Source of the DNA: an uncultured Clostridia bacterium
Lineage (GTDB): Bacteria; Bacillota; Clostridia; Oscillospirales; CAG-272
NCBI GenBank assembly: GCA_947631245.1
Contig: CANRKP010000002.1
Location: 1 to 64,000, forward strand
DNA: 64,000 nt
Direction of reading: 5' to 3'
The position numbers and the translations under genes are program-made. Under the pieces are notes generated by a model. It did no database searches and was not told the DNA's origin. It saw only the letters and a program-made list of their open reading frames with translations. This document shows, one piece after another, positions 25,980 to 35,936 of this stretch (positions are counted from its first letter, which is position 1; each line of letters starts with the position of its first letter).

Positions 25980-27956
25980 TTATTCCGCGCCGAACATGAA
26001 CCAGTCAAGGTTGATGGAGCCGTTTACGAAGCAGAAGTATACGTCGTGGAGCCCCTCGACCTTTTCCGTCAGTTCGACGGTGAATTCGTCGTACACGGAC
26101 CATGAACCCGTTGTCATGTCCGCCGTCGTCGCGGCAATGACGTCTCCGTCGGGCGCGTCGATCCTTATCTCGACAAGTATGCCCGAGCCCGCGAGGCAGC
26201 CCGTCATCGTCGCCGCGCCCGTCAGGTCAACTCCCTTGAAGAGGACCCAGTCGCCGGCGGCGACATAGCCGAGGTTCATTCCTTCGCCGCTTGCAAGCAT
26301 CTCGGCCTGTACCGAGCCCTGCTTTTCGTCAAAATCCTCGCCCTCGATCTTGTCTCCGACCTTGTATGCCGCCGCGGGCGTCGGAGGCTCGGTCTCCGGA
26401 GGCTCCGTCACGTCGTCCGCAGGACCCGCACCTCCGGCGGACGGCGCCGTCGTCGGCAGATTCTTTATGCTGTCACAGAACGACTGGAGCGATTTTGTAA
26501 TGCTCTTTTTTCCGGCAGAAAGCGCCGTGTTGAGCGAAGAGGGACCGTTTGTGAGCGCGTTTTGGTACGCGCTGCGTAGCGCCGTCGCCCACGAAAGGTC
26601 GCCGGCAAGGTCGTAGAGCTTTGAATCAAGGATATATGTGAGCATCTCCTTTGACTCGGGGTCGCGGATATATCTCGATTCGAGCAGCTGATCGTAAAGC
26701 GCCGGGGTTACCTCGTCCATGGAGGCGGCGGAGAGGCACTCGAGAATTAGACCTATGTTGTTGCCTTCTTCATGGGAAAATGCCTTCGGGATGCAGTAAA
26801 CCGTTGACCAGCCGTTGCTGACGTATGCATTGTAGCGGTCCATATCCGCGCTGCCCTTAGGCATCGGGAGGATACCGAAATCGTTCTCCATCTCCTTATA
26901 CATCGGGAGCACGCCAAGCATTTCGCAATAGAAGAGCAGCTTGCCGTTCATAAATGTCGTCGCGTTTCCGCCGGTGTCTGTCGAGGAGTAATCGGAGCTG
27001 AAAATATCAAATATTTTCTCAACGGCATTCAGACTCTCGTCTGTCAGCCATGCGACCTCGGGTTCGCCGTGCTCGTTCTGCGTGCTCATCGTCAACCCGT
27101 AGCAGTAGAGGAAGTGAGACATCGCATCGTAGTTGTCGCCGAGACCGAGTCTGTCCGTGCCGGGAGTATAGACGTCGTCGGAGTTGTAGTCAAACTTGGC
27201 GGCTTCCGCCATCTCCGTCATCTTGTCTACCGTCCACGTTCCGTCCTTGACGGCGTTATAGGGATATTCAAAATTGAGCTCGTCGCAGAGGTCCTTGTTG
27301 AACATCGTGACCTGAACAGCGTAGTCGTCATAGTAATTGATGTCGCCGGAGAGGACATAGAGCTTGTTGCCGTACATGGTGAACGTGTCAACGACCTGCT
27401 CATCCCACCACCTGTTTTTGAGGTTCATCGTTTCAAGCTCGTAGAAGTTCATGAGATATCCGTTCGCCGCGAACCCGATCTCATAGTCGAGACGGCTCAG
27501 AACGACGTCAAACTCGGTATCGCCCGCGGCGTCGTTCAGCCGGACAGTATTTGATATGTCGTCAGTCGAGCCGCCCCAGATCGGCTTTATCGTTATTCCG
27601 AGCTTATCCTCCGTCTTTCTGTTGCGGTTGTAGATCGCGTTCGGCAGCGTCTCGGAGCTCGGCTCCTCATACCAAACCTCGTTTTCCTCGGTCCCGCTGT
27701 AATGGTAGAAGTGCGAGCCGGGGCTGGGCGAGAGCACCGTAAATTCGCGGCCCTTCACCGCCTCAAGCTGCTCCGCCGAATACCTGTTGAGCGCATTCTG
27801 CAGCGCAGAGAGCGAGGGGTCGTAGTCCTCCTGCTCCGGCGGCTCGGTTCCGCCGCCGCCGTCCGGACCCTCTTTAGGTCCGCACGCTGCGAGCGACGAA
27901 ATGATAAAGCACAGCGCGAAGCAGAGACACAGCAGCCGTGTTAATTCGTTTTTCAT
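25980..27956 (-). CDS. ABC sugar-type solute-binding lipoprotein with C-terminal carbohydrate-binding-module-like domain
   Basis: Lipobox LAAC; family-1 SBP-like body; C-terminal ~130 aa YKVGDKIEGEDFDEKQG...VYFCFVNGSINLDWFMF resembles a CBM/beta-sandwich. Confidence 0.6.
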   Translation of the reverse strand: MKNELTRLLCLCFALCFIISSLAACGPKEGPDGGGGTEPPEQEDYDPSLSALQNALNRYSAEQLEAVKGREFTVLSPSPGSHFYHYSGTEENEVWYEEPSSETLPNAIYNRNRKTEDKLGITIKPIWGGSTDDISNTVRLNDAAGDTEFDVVLSRLDYEIGFAANGYLMNFYELETMNLKNRWWDEQVVDTFTMYGNKLYVLSGDINYYDDYAVQVTMFNKDLCDELNFEYPYNAVKDGTWTVDKMTEMAEAAKFDYNSDDVYTPGTDRLGLGDNYDAMSHFLYCYGLTMSTQNEHGEPEVAWLTDESLNAVEKIFDIFSSDYSSTDTGGNATTFMNGKLLFYCEMLGVLPMYKEMENDFGILPMPKGSADMDRYNAYVSNGWSTVYCIPKAFSHEEGNNIGLILECLSAASMDEVTPALYDQLLESRYIRDPESKEMLTYILDSKLYDLAGDLSWATALRSAYQNALTNGPSSLNTALSAGKKSITKSLQSFCDSIKNLPTTAPSAGGAGPADDVTEPPETEPPTPAAAYKVGDKIEGEDFDEKQGSVQAEMLASGEGMNLGYVAAGDWVLFKGVDLTGAATMTGCLAGSGILVEIRIDAPDGDVIAATTADMTTGSWSVYDEFTVELTEKVEGLHDVYFCFVNGSINLDWFMFGAE

Positions 27957-28262
27957 CGTTTTTCCTCCTTGTAAAACAGAATATCGGTATTTTTTTCACG
28001 CCCGGGACGCTATCTGCCGTTTGTCCCCGGCGCCACCATTCATGTTGTATTTTTTATACAAAAAATATATCGTGCCGATTTACATATTGTAATTTTATTT
28101 TATCACATAGAGTCCGTAAACGAAAGTCTCATGAATGTGCTTTTCTTTTGAAAACTTCGGTTATTTTTAGACGGCATGTTTTTCAAGTTGCCGTCCGGCA
28201 AAAAGGGGAGGGAAAAAACGTTAAAAATTACCGCCGCCGAGGGCTTTCAAAAAAGACAGAAG

Positions 28263-28311
28263 GGGGAGGATCCCTTCAGCGCGTCTGCCGTGCGCCGAAG
28301 GGATCCTCCCC
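28263..28311 (-). terminator. Strong hairpin terminator after permease gene
   Basis: ggggaggatcccttc...gaagggatcctcccc followed by a T-run on the minus strand. Confidence 0.7.
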
Positions 28312-28328
28312 AGCATTTTCTCACGCAT

Positions 28329-29924
28329 TTATAAGGCTTCTTTCCTTTCGCCGCGGCGCCTTATCGCACCGAGCGCCGCCTTCAGCGTGACGTTTATTAT
28401 AAGTATGAGCAGCGAAACGAACGCCGCGCTCTCCATGAGCCTCTGCGCTTCGAACTGGTTTATCATCAGCGCGACGGGCTTCGGCGCGGGCGGCGCAAGA
28501 AACGACACCGCCGATATCGTCATCATGGAATTGACGAAAAAATACACGAACATCTCGCAGAGCGTGTACCTCACCTTCGGCAGGATAACGTCCCTCACGA
28601 CGCGCAGCCTTCCGACGCCGAGCGTCATTCCGACCGCCTCGAGGTTCGGATTGACCTTCGCGAGCGTGTTATACATCATCAGATACGGCGACGAGAAAAA
28701 GTGCATGGAATTGACCATCGCGACTATGAACACCGTGCCGTATACCGGCGAGCCGTGAAAGAATATGACGTATGAAAGACCGAGGACGATGCCCGGTATC
28801 GCCATCGAAAGGATGGAGAAAAGATGGACCCAGCGGGAAAACGCTCCGCGAACGCGCGAGGTCATGTACGCGCAGACGAACGAAAGCGCAGTTCCGAGAG
28901 CGGCAGCCAGCACAGAATAAAGGAGCGAATTCATGAGAAACCCGTCGGCGCCGCGTTCTATCGTCCGCTTTATATGGTAGAGCGTCGGCGTCGGGTCGAC
29001 GGGGTACTTCGTCTCAAACAACATAACTATGAACACGAGTACGGGCAGAAGCACGCATATCCCGAGCACGGCGCAGAACACGCACGCCGCCGAGTCCCTT
29101 GCGGGCGCGCGCTTCGGCATGACGGGCTCCGACACAAATCCGCTCTGTCCTCTGTCGGGAGTAAGGACGTCGACGAGAAACGCGGCGACGGCGGGCAGAA
29201 GCAGAAACGCTCCGATCACGCTGCCGGAGTCGTAATCTATCATGCCGACGGCGCGGTTATACATCAAAACCGAGAGCGTCGTCATCCTTCCGCCCACCAT
29301 CAGCGGCACGCCGTAATCCGTCACTATCATCGTAAATACGGCGAAAAATGCCGAGATCAGCGTCTTTTTCAGATACGGCAGCGTTATGCCCCAAAATCTT
29401 CCCCACGCCGGTATCCCGAGCACCTCCGCCGCGCGGTACGTCATCCCGTCCTCGTAACGGAGTATGGCGGAGAACATGAGAAACGCGACGGGAAAGCTGT
29501 AAAGCACGGAGCCCGTCACGATGCCGGCAAATCCGTATATTCCGCCTTCAAGTCCCAAAAGATTTGTTATTATCCCGTTCTTGCCGAACAGAGCGACAAG
29601 CCCGAAGGCGTGCGAGATCGACGGAATGAGCATCGGCAGAACGAAGAGCGCGGCAAAAAAGCCTCCCGCGCGCAGCCTAGTCCTATATATCGCGAGCGCC
29701 GCCAAAAGCGAAAGCAAAACGGAGACGACCGTCGCCGTCAGCGCCGTGACGAGCGAATTTTTCACCGCCGGCAGAAACTGCTCGGAGCGCACGACCTCGA
29801 GAAATCCGGATGGCGTGATGCGCGACAGCATCGAGATTATGGGGCAAACGACGCAGAACGCGAAGAACAGCACGAGGGAGACGTTTATGACCGTGACGGG
29901 CAAAGATGTGCGCCCTCTCTTCAT
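28329..29924 (-). CDS. Fused (two-module, ~12 TM) ABC importer permease (ThiP/FbpB/PhnUV-like)
   Basis: Two repeated 6-TM modules. Confidence 0.7.
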   Translation of the reverse strand: MKRGRTSLPVTVINVSLVLFFAFCVVCPIISMLSRITPSGFLEVVRSEQFLPAVKNSLVTALTATVVSVLLSLLAALAIYRTRLRAGGFFAALFVLPMLIPSISHAFGLVALFGKNGIITNLLGLEGGIYGFAGIVTGSVLYSFPVAFLMFSAILRYEDGMTYRAAEVLGIPAWGRFWGITLPYLKKTLISAFFAVFTMIVTDYGVPLMVGGRMTTLSVLMYNRAVGMIDYDSGSVIGAFLLLPAVAAFLVDVLTPDRGQSGFVSEPVMPKRAPARDSAACVFCAVLGICVLLPVLVFIVMLFETKYPVDPTPTLYHIKRTIERGADGFLMNSLLYSVLAAALGTALSFVCAYMTSRVRGAFSRWVHLFSILSMAIPGIVLGLSYVIFFHGSPVYGTVFIVAMVNSMHFFSSPYLMMYNTLAKVNPNLEAVGMTLGVGRLRVVRDVILPKVRYTLCEMFVYFFVNSMMTISAVSFLAPPAPKPVALMINQFEAQRLMESAAFVSLLILIINVTLKAALGAIRRRGERKEAL

Positions 29925-30706
29925 TAATCCTCACCTCCGCCCGTAAACCGCAGAAGCGAGCTGACCTTTGCCCGTATGTTATCGAGCACGAACGTCTTTA
30001 CATATTCATTCGCGGGAGACGCCGCAATATTTTCAGGCGTGTCGAGCTGGCTTATCCGACCGCCGTCCATTATCATTATCCTGTCCGAAAGCGCGAACGC
30101 TTCCTCTTGGTCGTGGGTAACGTATATCATCGTCGTGCCGAACTCTGCTTGCAGCCGCTTGAGCTCCGTCCGCATCGAGAGCCTCGTCGCGACGTCGAGC
30201 GCCGACATCGGCTCATCGAACAGGACGATATCAGGATTAAGCGCGAGCGTCCTCGCTATCGCGACGCGCTGCTGCTGCCCTCCAGAGAGCGAACGCGGGA
30301 ACTTGTCCGCGTGCTCCGACAAGCCGACGGCGGCAATAAGGCTTTCCGTCCTTTTGTCGGCCTCCGCCTTCGGTATCCCGTTGAAGCGGAGCGCGTATCC
30401 GATGTTTTTTCGGACCGTCATATTTTCGAAAAGCGCGTAGTTTTGGAAAACGATGCCCATCCCGCGCTTGTCGGGACGGGCGTTCGTTATGTCCACCCCA
30501 TCTTTTTCGACGGTGCCTTCATCCGGCGGCAGAAGTCCGATGAGTATACGCAGAAGCGTAGTTTTTCCGCAGCCCGACGGGCCGAGGATGGAGAGAAACT
30601 CTCCGTCCATGACCTCAAAGTCAAGCGATCTCAAGACCTCCCCGCCGGTTTTGTAACTTTTCGATAAACCCCTTACCGAGAGCTTCGGGCTCATTCGAAC
30701 TTCCAT
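29924..30706 (-). CDS. ABC transporter ATP-binding protein
   Basis: GPSGCGKTT; LSGGQQQRVAIARTL; VLFDEPMSALD. Start placed at MEVRMSPKL (overlaps SBP stop); the upstream Arg/Gly-rich extension is judged spurious. Confidence 0.8.
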   Translation of the reverse strand: MEVRMSPKLSVRGLSKSYKTGGEVLRSLDFEVMDGEFLSILGPSGCGKTTLLRILIGLLPPDEGTVEKDGVDITNARPDKRGMGIVFQNYALFENMTVRKNIGYALRFNGIPKAEADKRTESLIAAVGLSEHADKFPRSLSGGQQQRVAIARTLALNPDIVLFDEPMSALDVATRLSMRTELKRLQAEFGTTMIYVTHDQEEAFALSDRIMIMDGGRISQLDTPENIAASPANEYVKTFVLDNIRAKVSSLLRFTGGGED

Positions 30707-31695
30707 TTCGCTCCGAGTCTCTCCTTCTCCGCGAGCGTGTCGTTTGCCATATTGCCGTACTTTATGTTCTTCGGGAAGCCCTCGACCTCGGGCGCGAAAT
30801 CCTTGAATATCTGATCGGGGAAATAGCGCTCGTTGTCGGCGCGGCAGAGGTCGGTGGCAAGGTAATTGAACACGTCCTTGACGCACTGTCTGTCGGCGCT
30901 CGAGGCGAGGATCGCGTTTCCGTACATGCTGTACGGCGAGCCCTCCTCGAAGAAGAGTATCTCAAGCTCAACGCCGTCGTTTATTTCAACGACCGCCTGC
31001 GACGTCATTCCGAGTCCGACCGCGACCTCTCCCTGAACGAGAGCGTTCACGGGACCGGAACCCGACGACGTGAACGCGAGCACGTTGTCCGCTAGCTTTT
31101 CGAAATATTCAAACGCCTTGTCCTCTCCCCACTCGTTCGTAAGCTGGCGCAGGAACATATATCCCGTACCCGACGAGTTGGGGTTCGGCATCGAGATCAG
31201 ACCCTTATATTCCGGAGCGAGCAGATCCTCATATGAGGTCGGCTTTTCTATCTTGTGTTCCGCGAGCACAGACGGGTTTATTATGACGCAGCCGCCGTTT
31301 TTGAGCTCGGGCGAGAACTTATGGCTTTCGGGCACGATATCGTCAAGAAATGCCGAAAAGTCGAATTTTATATCGTCGAGATTGGCAAGGTAATCCTCGC
31401 ATTTGTATAGATACCCGTATTCCTCGGAGCAGATGATGTCGCAGGAGCAGTTTTCTCCCTCCTCGAGCACCTTTGCCGCTATCGTGCTTGAATTCATGTA
31501 TTCGAGATCTATGTCGTAGTCGGGGAACTTCTTTTCAAGCTCCTCGAGATAAAACGCGTTTTTGTAGTCCTCGCCGCTCGTCCAAATGACGACCTTGTTC
31601 TCCGCCTTGCCGCCGCAGCCGGAGAGCAGCGCCGCCGCAGCGATACCGAGAACGGCGCCCGCGATGATTTTTCCGAATGTTTTGCCTGCTTTCAT
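30691..31695 (-). CDS. ABC importer substrate-binding lipoprotein (Fe3+/thiamine/2-aminoethylphosphonate-type family)
   Basis: Lipobox LLSGC; periplasmic-binding-protein-like body. Confidence 0.65.
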   Translation of the reverse strand: MKAGKTFGKIIAGAVLGIAAAALLSGCGGKAENKVVIWTSGEDYKNAFYLEELEKKFPDYDIDLEYMNSSTIAAKVLEEGENCSCDIICSEEYGYLYKCEDYLANLDDIKFDFSAFLDDIVPESHKFSPELKNGGCVIINPSVLAEHKIEKPTSYEDLLAPEYKGLISMPNPNSSGTGYMFLRQLTNEWGEDKAFEYFEKLADNVLAFTSSGSGPVNALVQGEVAVGLGMTSQAVVEINDGVELEILFFEEGSPYSMYGNAILASSADRQCVKDVFNYLATDLCRADNERYFPDQIFKDFAPEVEGFPKNIKYGNMANDTLAEKERLGAKWKFE

Positions 31696-31709
31696 TTTAC
31701 AATTCTCCT

Positions 31710-32609
31710 TTAATAAATTTTATATGACCTGTCGATGTCGCACAGTTCGCGGAGAGTGTCTATCTCCGTGATGTCTTCCTCCGCGCATTCGCGGACCTCG
31801 ACCCGGTATTCATCTTTGAACGTGCCGAACGGCACCATGTCCCAAAACTGCTCCTTCCCGCCCGGCATCTCGTAAGCCTGCTTTATGTGACCCGCGAGCT
31901 TTTTGCCCGAGTCTTCGTCCCAGTACGATATGCCGACGACCTGATAGCAGTCGAGACCCCCTATCTTCAGTCCGTTTATAATCCCGTCCTTCATTGTAAA
32001 GCACCAGTCGTCGGAACGGTTTTTCTTTACCGCAAGATAATTCGAGGTGTAGTTGTACCTCTTTATTATCGCGGGATTTTTTATGAGAAGGTCTGCCTCG
32101 AAAACGTAAGCGTTCTGAAGCAGGTACCTCGCGCACATCGCGGAGGAAATGTTGTTCGCCTCGTTGTAAGCGGGATTCTCGAGGAACTTTATCATCGGGT
32201 ATTTGTAGAGCAGCTGGTCGAACTGCTCGGCAAGGTAGCCGCGGACGACGTATATCTCTCCGATGCCGGCGGCGAGACACGCGTCTATGAGCCCGTCTAT
32301 TATCCGCTGCCCGTTCACCCTCACGAGCGGCTTCGGCGTATTAAGCGTGATCGGCACGAGACGCGAGCCGAAGCCGGCGGCGATAAAGACCGCCCTCTTC
32401 GCGCGGTACGGCTCGAGCGCCGACAACCCCGCCGCCGTTATCCTGCCGTTTTCTATGTACCCCGCCTCGGAGAAATCCTTCACTATCCTGTTGACGGTCC
32501 CGAGCGAATGCCCCGTCTTAGCCTCGAGCATACGCTGCGTGACCGAACCGCGCTCAACGGCGAGAGCCTCGAGCACCTCAAACTGCTTTCTTGTAAGTGT
32601 GCCTGCCAC
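31710..32609 (-). CDS. Winged-HTH fused to LicC-like sugar/phospho-base nucleotidyltransferase
   Basis: N-terminal LTRKQFEVLEAL...GSVTQRMLEAKTGHSLGTVNRIVKD (wHTH). Then NTP-transferase G-rich loop AVFIAAGFGSRLVPIT...KPLVRV. Confidence 0.65.
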   Translation of the reverse strand: MAGTLTRKQFEVLEALAVERGSVTQRMLEAKTGHSLGTVNRIVKDFSEAGYIENGRITAAGLSALEPYRAKRAVFIAAGFGSRLVPITLNTPKPLVRVNGQRIIDGLIDACLAAGIGEIYVVRGYLAEQFDQLLYKYPMIKFLENPAYNEANNISSAMCARYLLQNAYVFEADLLIKNPAIIKRYNYTSNYLAVKKNRSDDWCFTMKDGIINGLKIGGLDCYQVVGISYWDEDSGKKLAGHIKQAYEMPGGKEQFWDMVPFGTFKDEYRVEVRECAEEDITEIDTLRELCDIDRSYKIY

Positions 32610-32956
32610 CTTGTGATCCTCCGCGGTGTTCGTTTTCCGCGTATTTTTTATCTGCTGTTGAACAAGAGTATAGCACCGTGAACGCCGTATGTCAAGAACA
32701 TTTTTATTAAATTATTTTTAATTCTTTTTTAAAATCGCCTTAATTTTCGTTAATTTAAGCACGTTATTTGCGCGAAATACCGTGATATTTTTGTAAAAAC
32801 CGCACGCTCGCAGGCTGCTCGGCTTTGGCGCCAACGTCCGCTCTATCCTTTTTTGACCGCGCGTCCGATGTTCAAGTTTGCGCCCTACGGCAAAGAAAAA
32901 TATGCTGCGCTCCCTGCAAAGCGCGGCAAAACAAAGGTCTTTAAAAGCGCCAAAAA

Positions 32957-33003
32957 GCCCGTTCATTTTCGTCTGACGCAAAACAGCCGAAAATGAACGG
33001 GGC
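32957..33003 (-). terminator. Hairpin terminator downstream of radical SAM gene
   Basis: gcccgttcattttcg...cgaaaatgaacggggc. Confidence 0.6.
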
Positions 33004-33026
33004 TCTGATATTGCCATGTCCTTTTT

Positions 33027-33962
33027 TTATCTTCCGTGAAGTCCGGTTCCGTCAAACGACGGTATAAAGCTCTCGCCGACGGCGCCGCCCTCCTGTATGA
33101 AGCCGTTTTTCACCCCTATTTCTATGGCGTAGTCGACGACACGGTCGTATTCCTCATCCGTGACCGTGCGCGCAAGCTCCGGATACCGAAGCTCTCCCAT
33201 CGGGGTATACTGGTTCATTATGCTTATGTAGACGCCGTCTCCGAAGCGGTCGTGTATGTATCTTATCGCCTCGATGCTGTCGTCGGTGCGCCCCGGCAGG
33301 ACGAGATGGCGCACTATCATGCCCCGCGTCATTATCCCCTCCGAAAGCTCGCCGCCGCCCGAGAAACGGGGCTCTCCAACCTGACGGAACATCTCGTCGA
33401 GCGCGTCTTTTGCCGCCTCGAAGTAGTCGGGCGCATGCGAATATCTCGCCGAAAGCTCCGAGGAAACGTACTTGAGGTCGGGAAGATATATATCTATGAG
33501 CCCGTCGAGGCGGGAAAGCGTCTCCGCCCTCTCATATCCGCCCGAATTCCACACGACGGGGATGAACAGCCCGCGCAGCTTTGCCTTCCCGACCGCATCC
33601 GCCACGGTCGGCGTGAAATGCGTTGCCGTAACGAGGTTTATGTTGTTCGCGCGCTCTTCGTCCTGAAGGCGCAGAAACACATCCGCGAGCGCGTCCGCAT
33701 CGAGAGGTATCCCTCCCTCTCCGCGCGATATCGACCTGTTCTGGCAGAACACGCAGCCGAGAGGACATCCGACGAAAAACACCGCTCCCGAGCCTGTCCT
33801 TCCGCCCTCCGTCTCCTCGCCCGAGATGCAGGGCTCCTCCCACATGTGGAGCGCCGCCCTCGCCGCGTACACCTGCGCCCCCATCCCGCACGCGCCTGTC
33901 TTTACGGTCCTGTCGACGCCGCACATGCGCGGACAGAGCGTGCAGCGCTTGTATATATCCAT
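33027..33962 (-). CDS. Radical SAM enzyme (activating-enzyme-like) with extra N-terminal Cys cluster
   Basis: CPLGCVFCQN (CxxxCxxC) plus N-terminal CTLCPRMCG...GAC. Confidence 0.75.
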   Translation of the reverse strand: MDIYKRCTLCPRMCGVDRTVKTGACGMGAQVYAARAALHMWEEPCISGEETEGGRTGSGAVFFVGCPLGCVFCQNRSISRGEGGIPLDADALADVFLRLQDEERANNINLVTATHFTPTVADAVGKAKLRGLFIPVVWNSGGYERAETLSRLDGLIDIYLPDLKYVSSELSARYSHAPDYFEAAKDALDEMFRQVGEPRFSGGGELSEGIMTRGMIVRHLVLPGRTDDSIEAIRYIHDRFGDGVYISIMNQYTPMGELRYPELARTVTDEEYDRVVDYAIEIGVKNGFIQEGGAVGESFIPSFDGTGLHGR

Positions 33963-33967
33963 ATCTG

Positions 33968-34666
33968 TCACGTCTGCGCGTCGCACAGAAACACCGCCGC
34001 GCCCGCGTCTATCCGCCGTATCCTGTTCCCGTGGAACTCAACGACGTCGCCCGTCAGCTCGCCCGAGAGTATACGCGATGCCGCAAGCTCGAGCTTCGGT
34101 ATTATGTCTGATGTGACGGGGCACGTCCCGTGCGAAGGGTAGACGAGGTCAAATTTGCCCTCATCCCTCATTTTGCCGAGCTTTTTCATTCCCGCAAGAT
34201 ACGCGTGCATCTCGCGCTGCGGACCGAACATGAATATGCTCCCGTCCTGAACGGGGTCGCCGCCGTAGATCGCCCTGCCCGAGATGTCGAGCACCGTTAT
34301 GCTCCCCGGGGTGTGACCGGGCACATGTATTATCTCAAGCTCCCGTCCGCCGAGGTCGATCTTGTCGCCGTCATAAACGGGAACAAATCTGCCCTCTCTC
34401 CCCTGCGATTTATAGAAATTCACCGCCTCCGACGGATGCATATAGAATTCCCCGAACTCGTGCGCCGAGCCGATGTGGTCGGGGTCGGCGTGCGTCGTCA
34501 GAAGCTCTGCAGGAAGGTCCGTCACGCTCTCCGCCGCCTCGCGCGCGTCATGCACCGTCATGCCCGAATCTATGAGCAGCGCCTTTTTGTCTCCCGCAAG
34601 CAGAAAGAAACGGACGCCTCCGTCCTCGAACCGCCATGTCCTCTCGTCAATCTTTCTTATCTCCAA
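33968..34666 (-). CDS. MBL-fold metallo-hydrolase
   Basis: THADPDHIG (HxHxDH) and HVPGHTPGS motifs. Confidence 0.8.
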   Translation of the reverse strand: MEIRKIDERTWRFEDGGVRFFLLAGDKKALLIDSGMTVHDAREAAESVTDLPAELLTTHADPDHIGSAHEFGEFYMHPSEAVNFYKSQGREGRFVPVYDGDKIDLGGRELEIIHVPGHTPGSITVLDISGRAIYGGDPVQDGSIFMFGPQREMHAYLAGMKKLGKMRDEGKFDLVYPSHGTCPVTSDIIPKLELAASRILSGELTGDVVEFHGNRIRRIDAGAAVFLCDAQT

Positions 34667-34718
34667 AACGGACCTCCTTTTTCAAAAACCGCGCCGCGGG
34701 GCTCCCGCGGCGCGTCAT

Positions 34719-35072
34719 TCATTTTGTGCTTTTCTCCTCGCTCACGGTACTGCCGAGCGCAGACTCTATTTTTTTGACGGTACCCGAAAGCGCTCTCCCC
34801 ACAGTTGAACGGCTCTCGGAAATTTCGAGCTCCCGTCCCCTCGAGATTATGCCTCCCTTTATTACCCACGCCGTAATGTTGACGGATGTGTCATTGTACG
34901 TCGCCTTAAGGTATCCTACGTCTCCGAGCGGAGCGCCTGTCCTTTCCCACACGCTCTCGCCAGACATCATAAATTTTTCTCTATATCCTTCTTTATGAAG
35001 TATATCACGAATGATATCCCTCGCGTCATAATACCCGCATCCGAATGAAAACTTAAAAACCGAGCGAGACAT
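34719..35072 (-). CDS. Hypothetical small protein
   Basis: 117-aa ORF with coding-like composition; no recognisable motif. Confidence 0.4.
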   Translation of the reverse strand: MSRSVFKFSFGCGYYDARDIIRDILHKEGYREKFMMSGESVWERTGAPLGDVGYLKATYNDTSVNITAWVIKGGIISRGRELEISESRSTVGRALSGTVKKIESALGSTVSEEKSTK

Positions 35073-35268
35073 TGCGGCAAGACCTCCTTGTTTGTCAAAT
35101 GTATCCCGAAGGACCGCGGCACATCTGTATACTGCTAATTCATAATATCACCATTGTAAGAATATGTCAATAGTCCCCGCCAATCTTTTTGTCGTTTTTT
35201 GTGCAGAAAATTTTTACCGCCGCCGCCCTGTCGGGCAGGCAGGTGGTTTAATTATTTTTTCCCGTGCT

Positions 35269-35916
35269 TCATATCCTGAAGCACTTCTGTATCGCCTTCG
35301 GATGACCGAGGACATAGATGGAGTCGCCCTCTTCGAACACCGTCTCGGGCGTGATGTTCATGTTCAGCTTGCCGTCGTCGCGGTACGCAAGGATATTTAT
35401 GCCGTACTTCTTGCGTATGTCGAGCTCGATTACCGTCTTCCCGTCCCACTCGCGCGGGATCGAGACCTCGAAGATCGCATACTCGCCGTCGAGCTCCACA
35501 TAATCGAGCACGTTGTCTGACGTGCATCTTATCGCCGTCCATGCGGCGAGCTGCTTTTCGGGATAGACGACCTCGTCGGCGCCGCATTTGAGAAGGAATT
35601 TCTCCTGCACTCCGCGCGAGGCGCGCGCTATGACCTTCTTCGCGCCGAGCTCCTTTAAAAGTGACGCCGTTTCGAGCGAATTCTGGAAATTGTCACCGAT
35701 GGCGACGATGCAGGCGTCAAAATCCCTCACGCCGAGCGAACGCAAAAACTGCTCGCTCGTGCTGTCTCCTATCTGAACGTTTGTGACGTATGGCAAAATG
35801 GCGTTCGCCCTGTCCTCGTTGACGTCGACAGCCATGACCTGATGGTTGAGCTCCGAGAGCTTTCTTGCTATATGCGTGCCGAACCTTCCGAGCCCTATTA
35901 TAAGCACCGATTTCAT
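35269..35916 (-). CDS. trkA: Potassium uptake NAD-binding subunit (TrkA/KtrA)
   Basis: IIGLGRFGTHIARKL Rossmann; RCK-C domain. Confidence 0.85.
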   Translation of the reverse strand: MKSVLIIGLGRFGTHIARKLSELNHQVMAVDVNEDRANAILPYVTNVQIGDSTSEQFLRSLGVRDFDACIVAIGDNFQNSLETASLLKELGAKKVIARASRGVQEKFLLKCGADEVVYPEKQLAAWTAIRCTSDNVLDYVELDGEYAIFEVSIPREWDGKTVIELDIRKKYGINILAYRDDGKLNMNITPETVFEEGDSIYVLGHPKAIQKCFRI

Positions 35917-35936
35917 TTCGCTTTTCTCCCTTTATT

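Noticed and set aside
30707-30886. 60-aa Arg/Gly-rich N-terminal extension of the ABC ATPase
   Set aside because: Overlaps the 3' end of the upstream SBP gene in another frame. The ATPase homology starts at MEVRMSPKLSVRGL, which carries the expected overlap-coupled start
32718-33017. 99-aa ORF in the AT-rich spacer upstream of the wHTH-NTase gene
   Set aside because: Lies across an AT-rich promoter-like tract and a terminator hairpin; low-complexity translation
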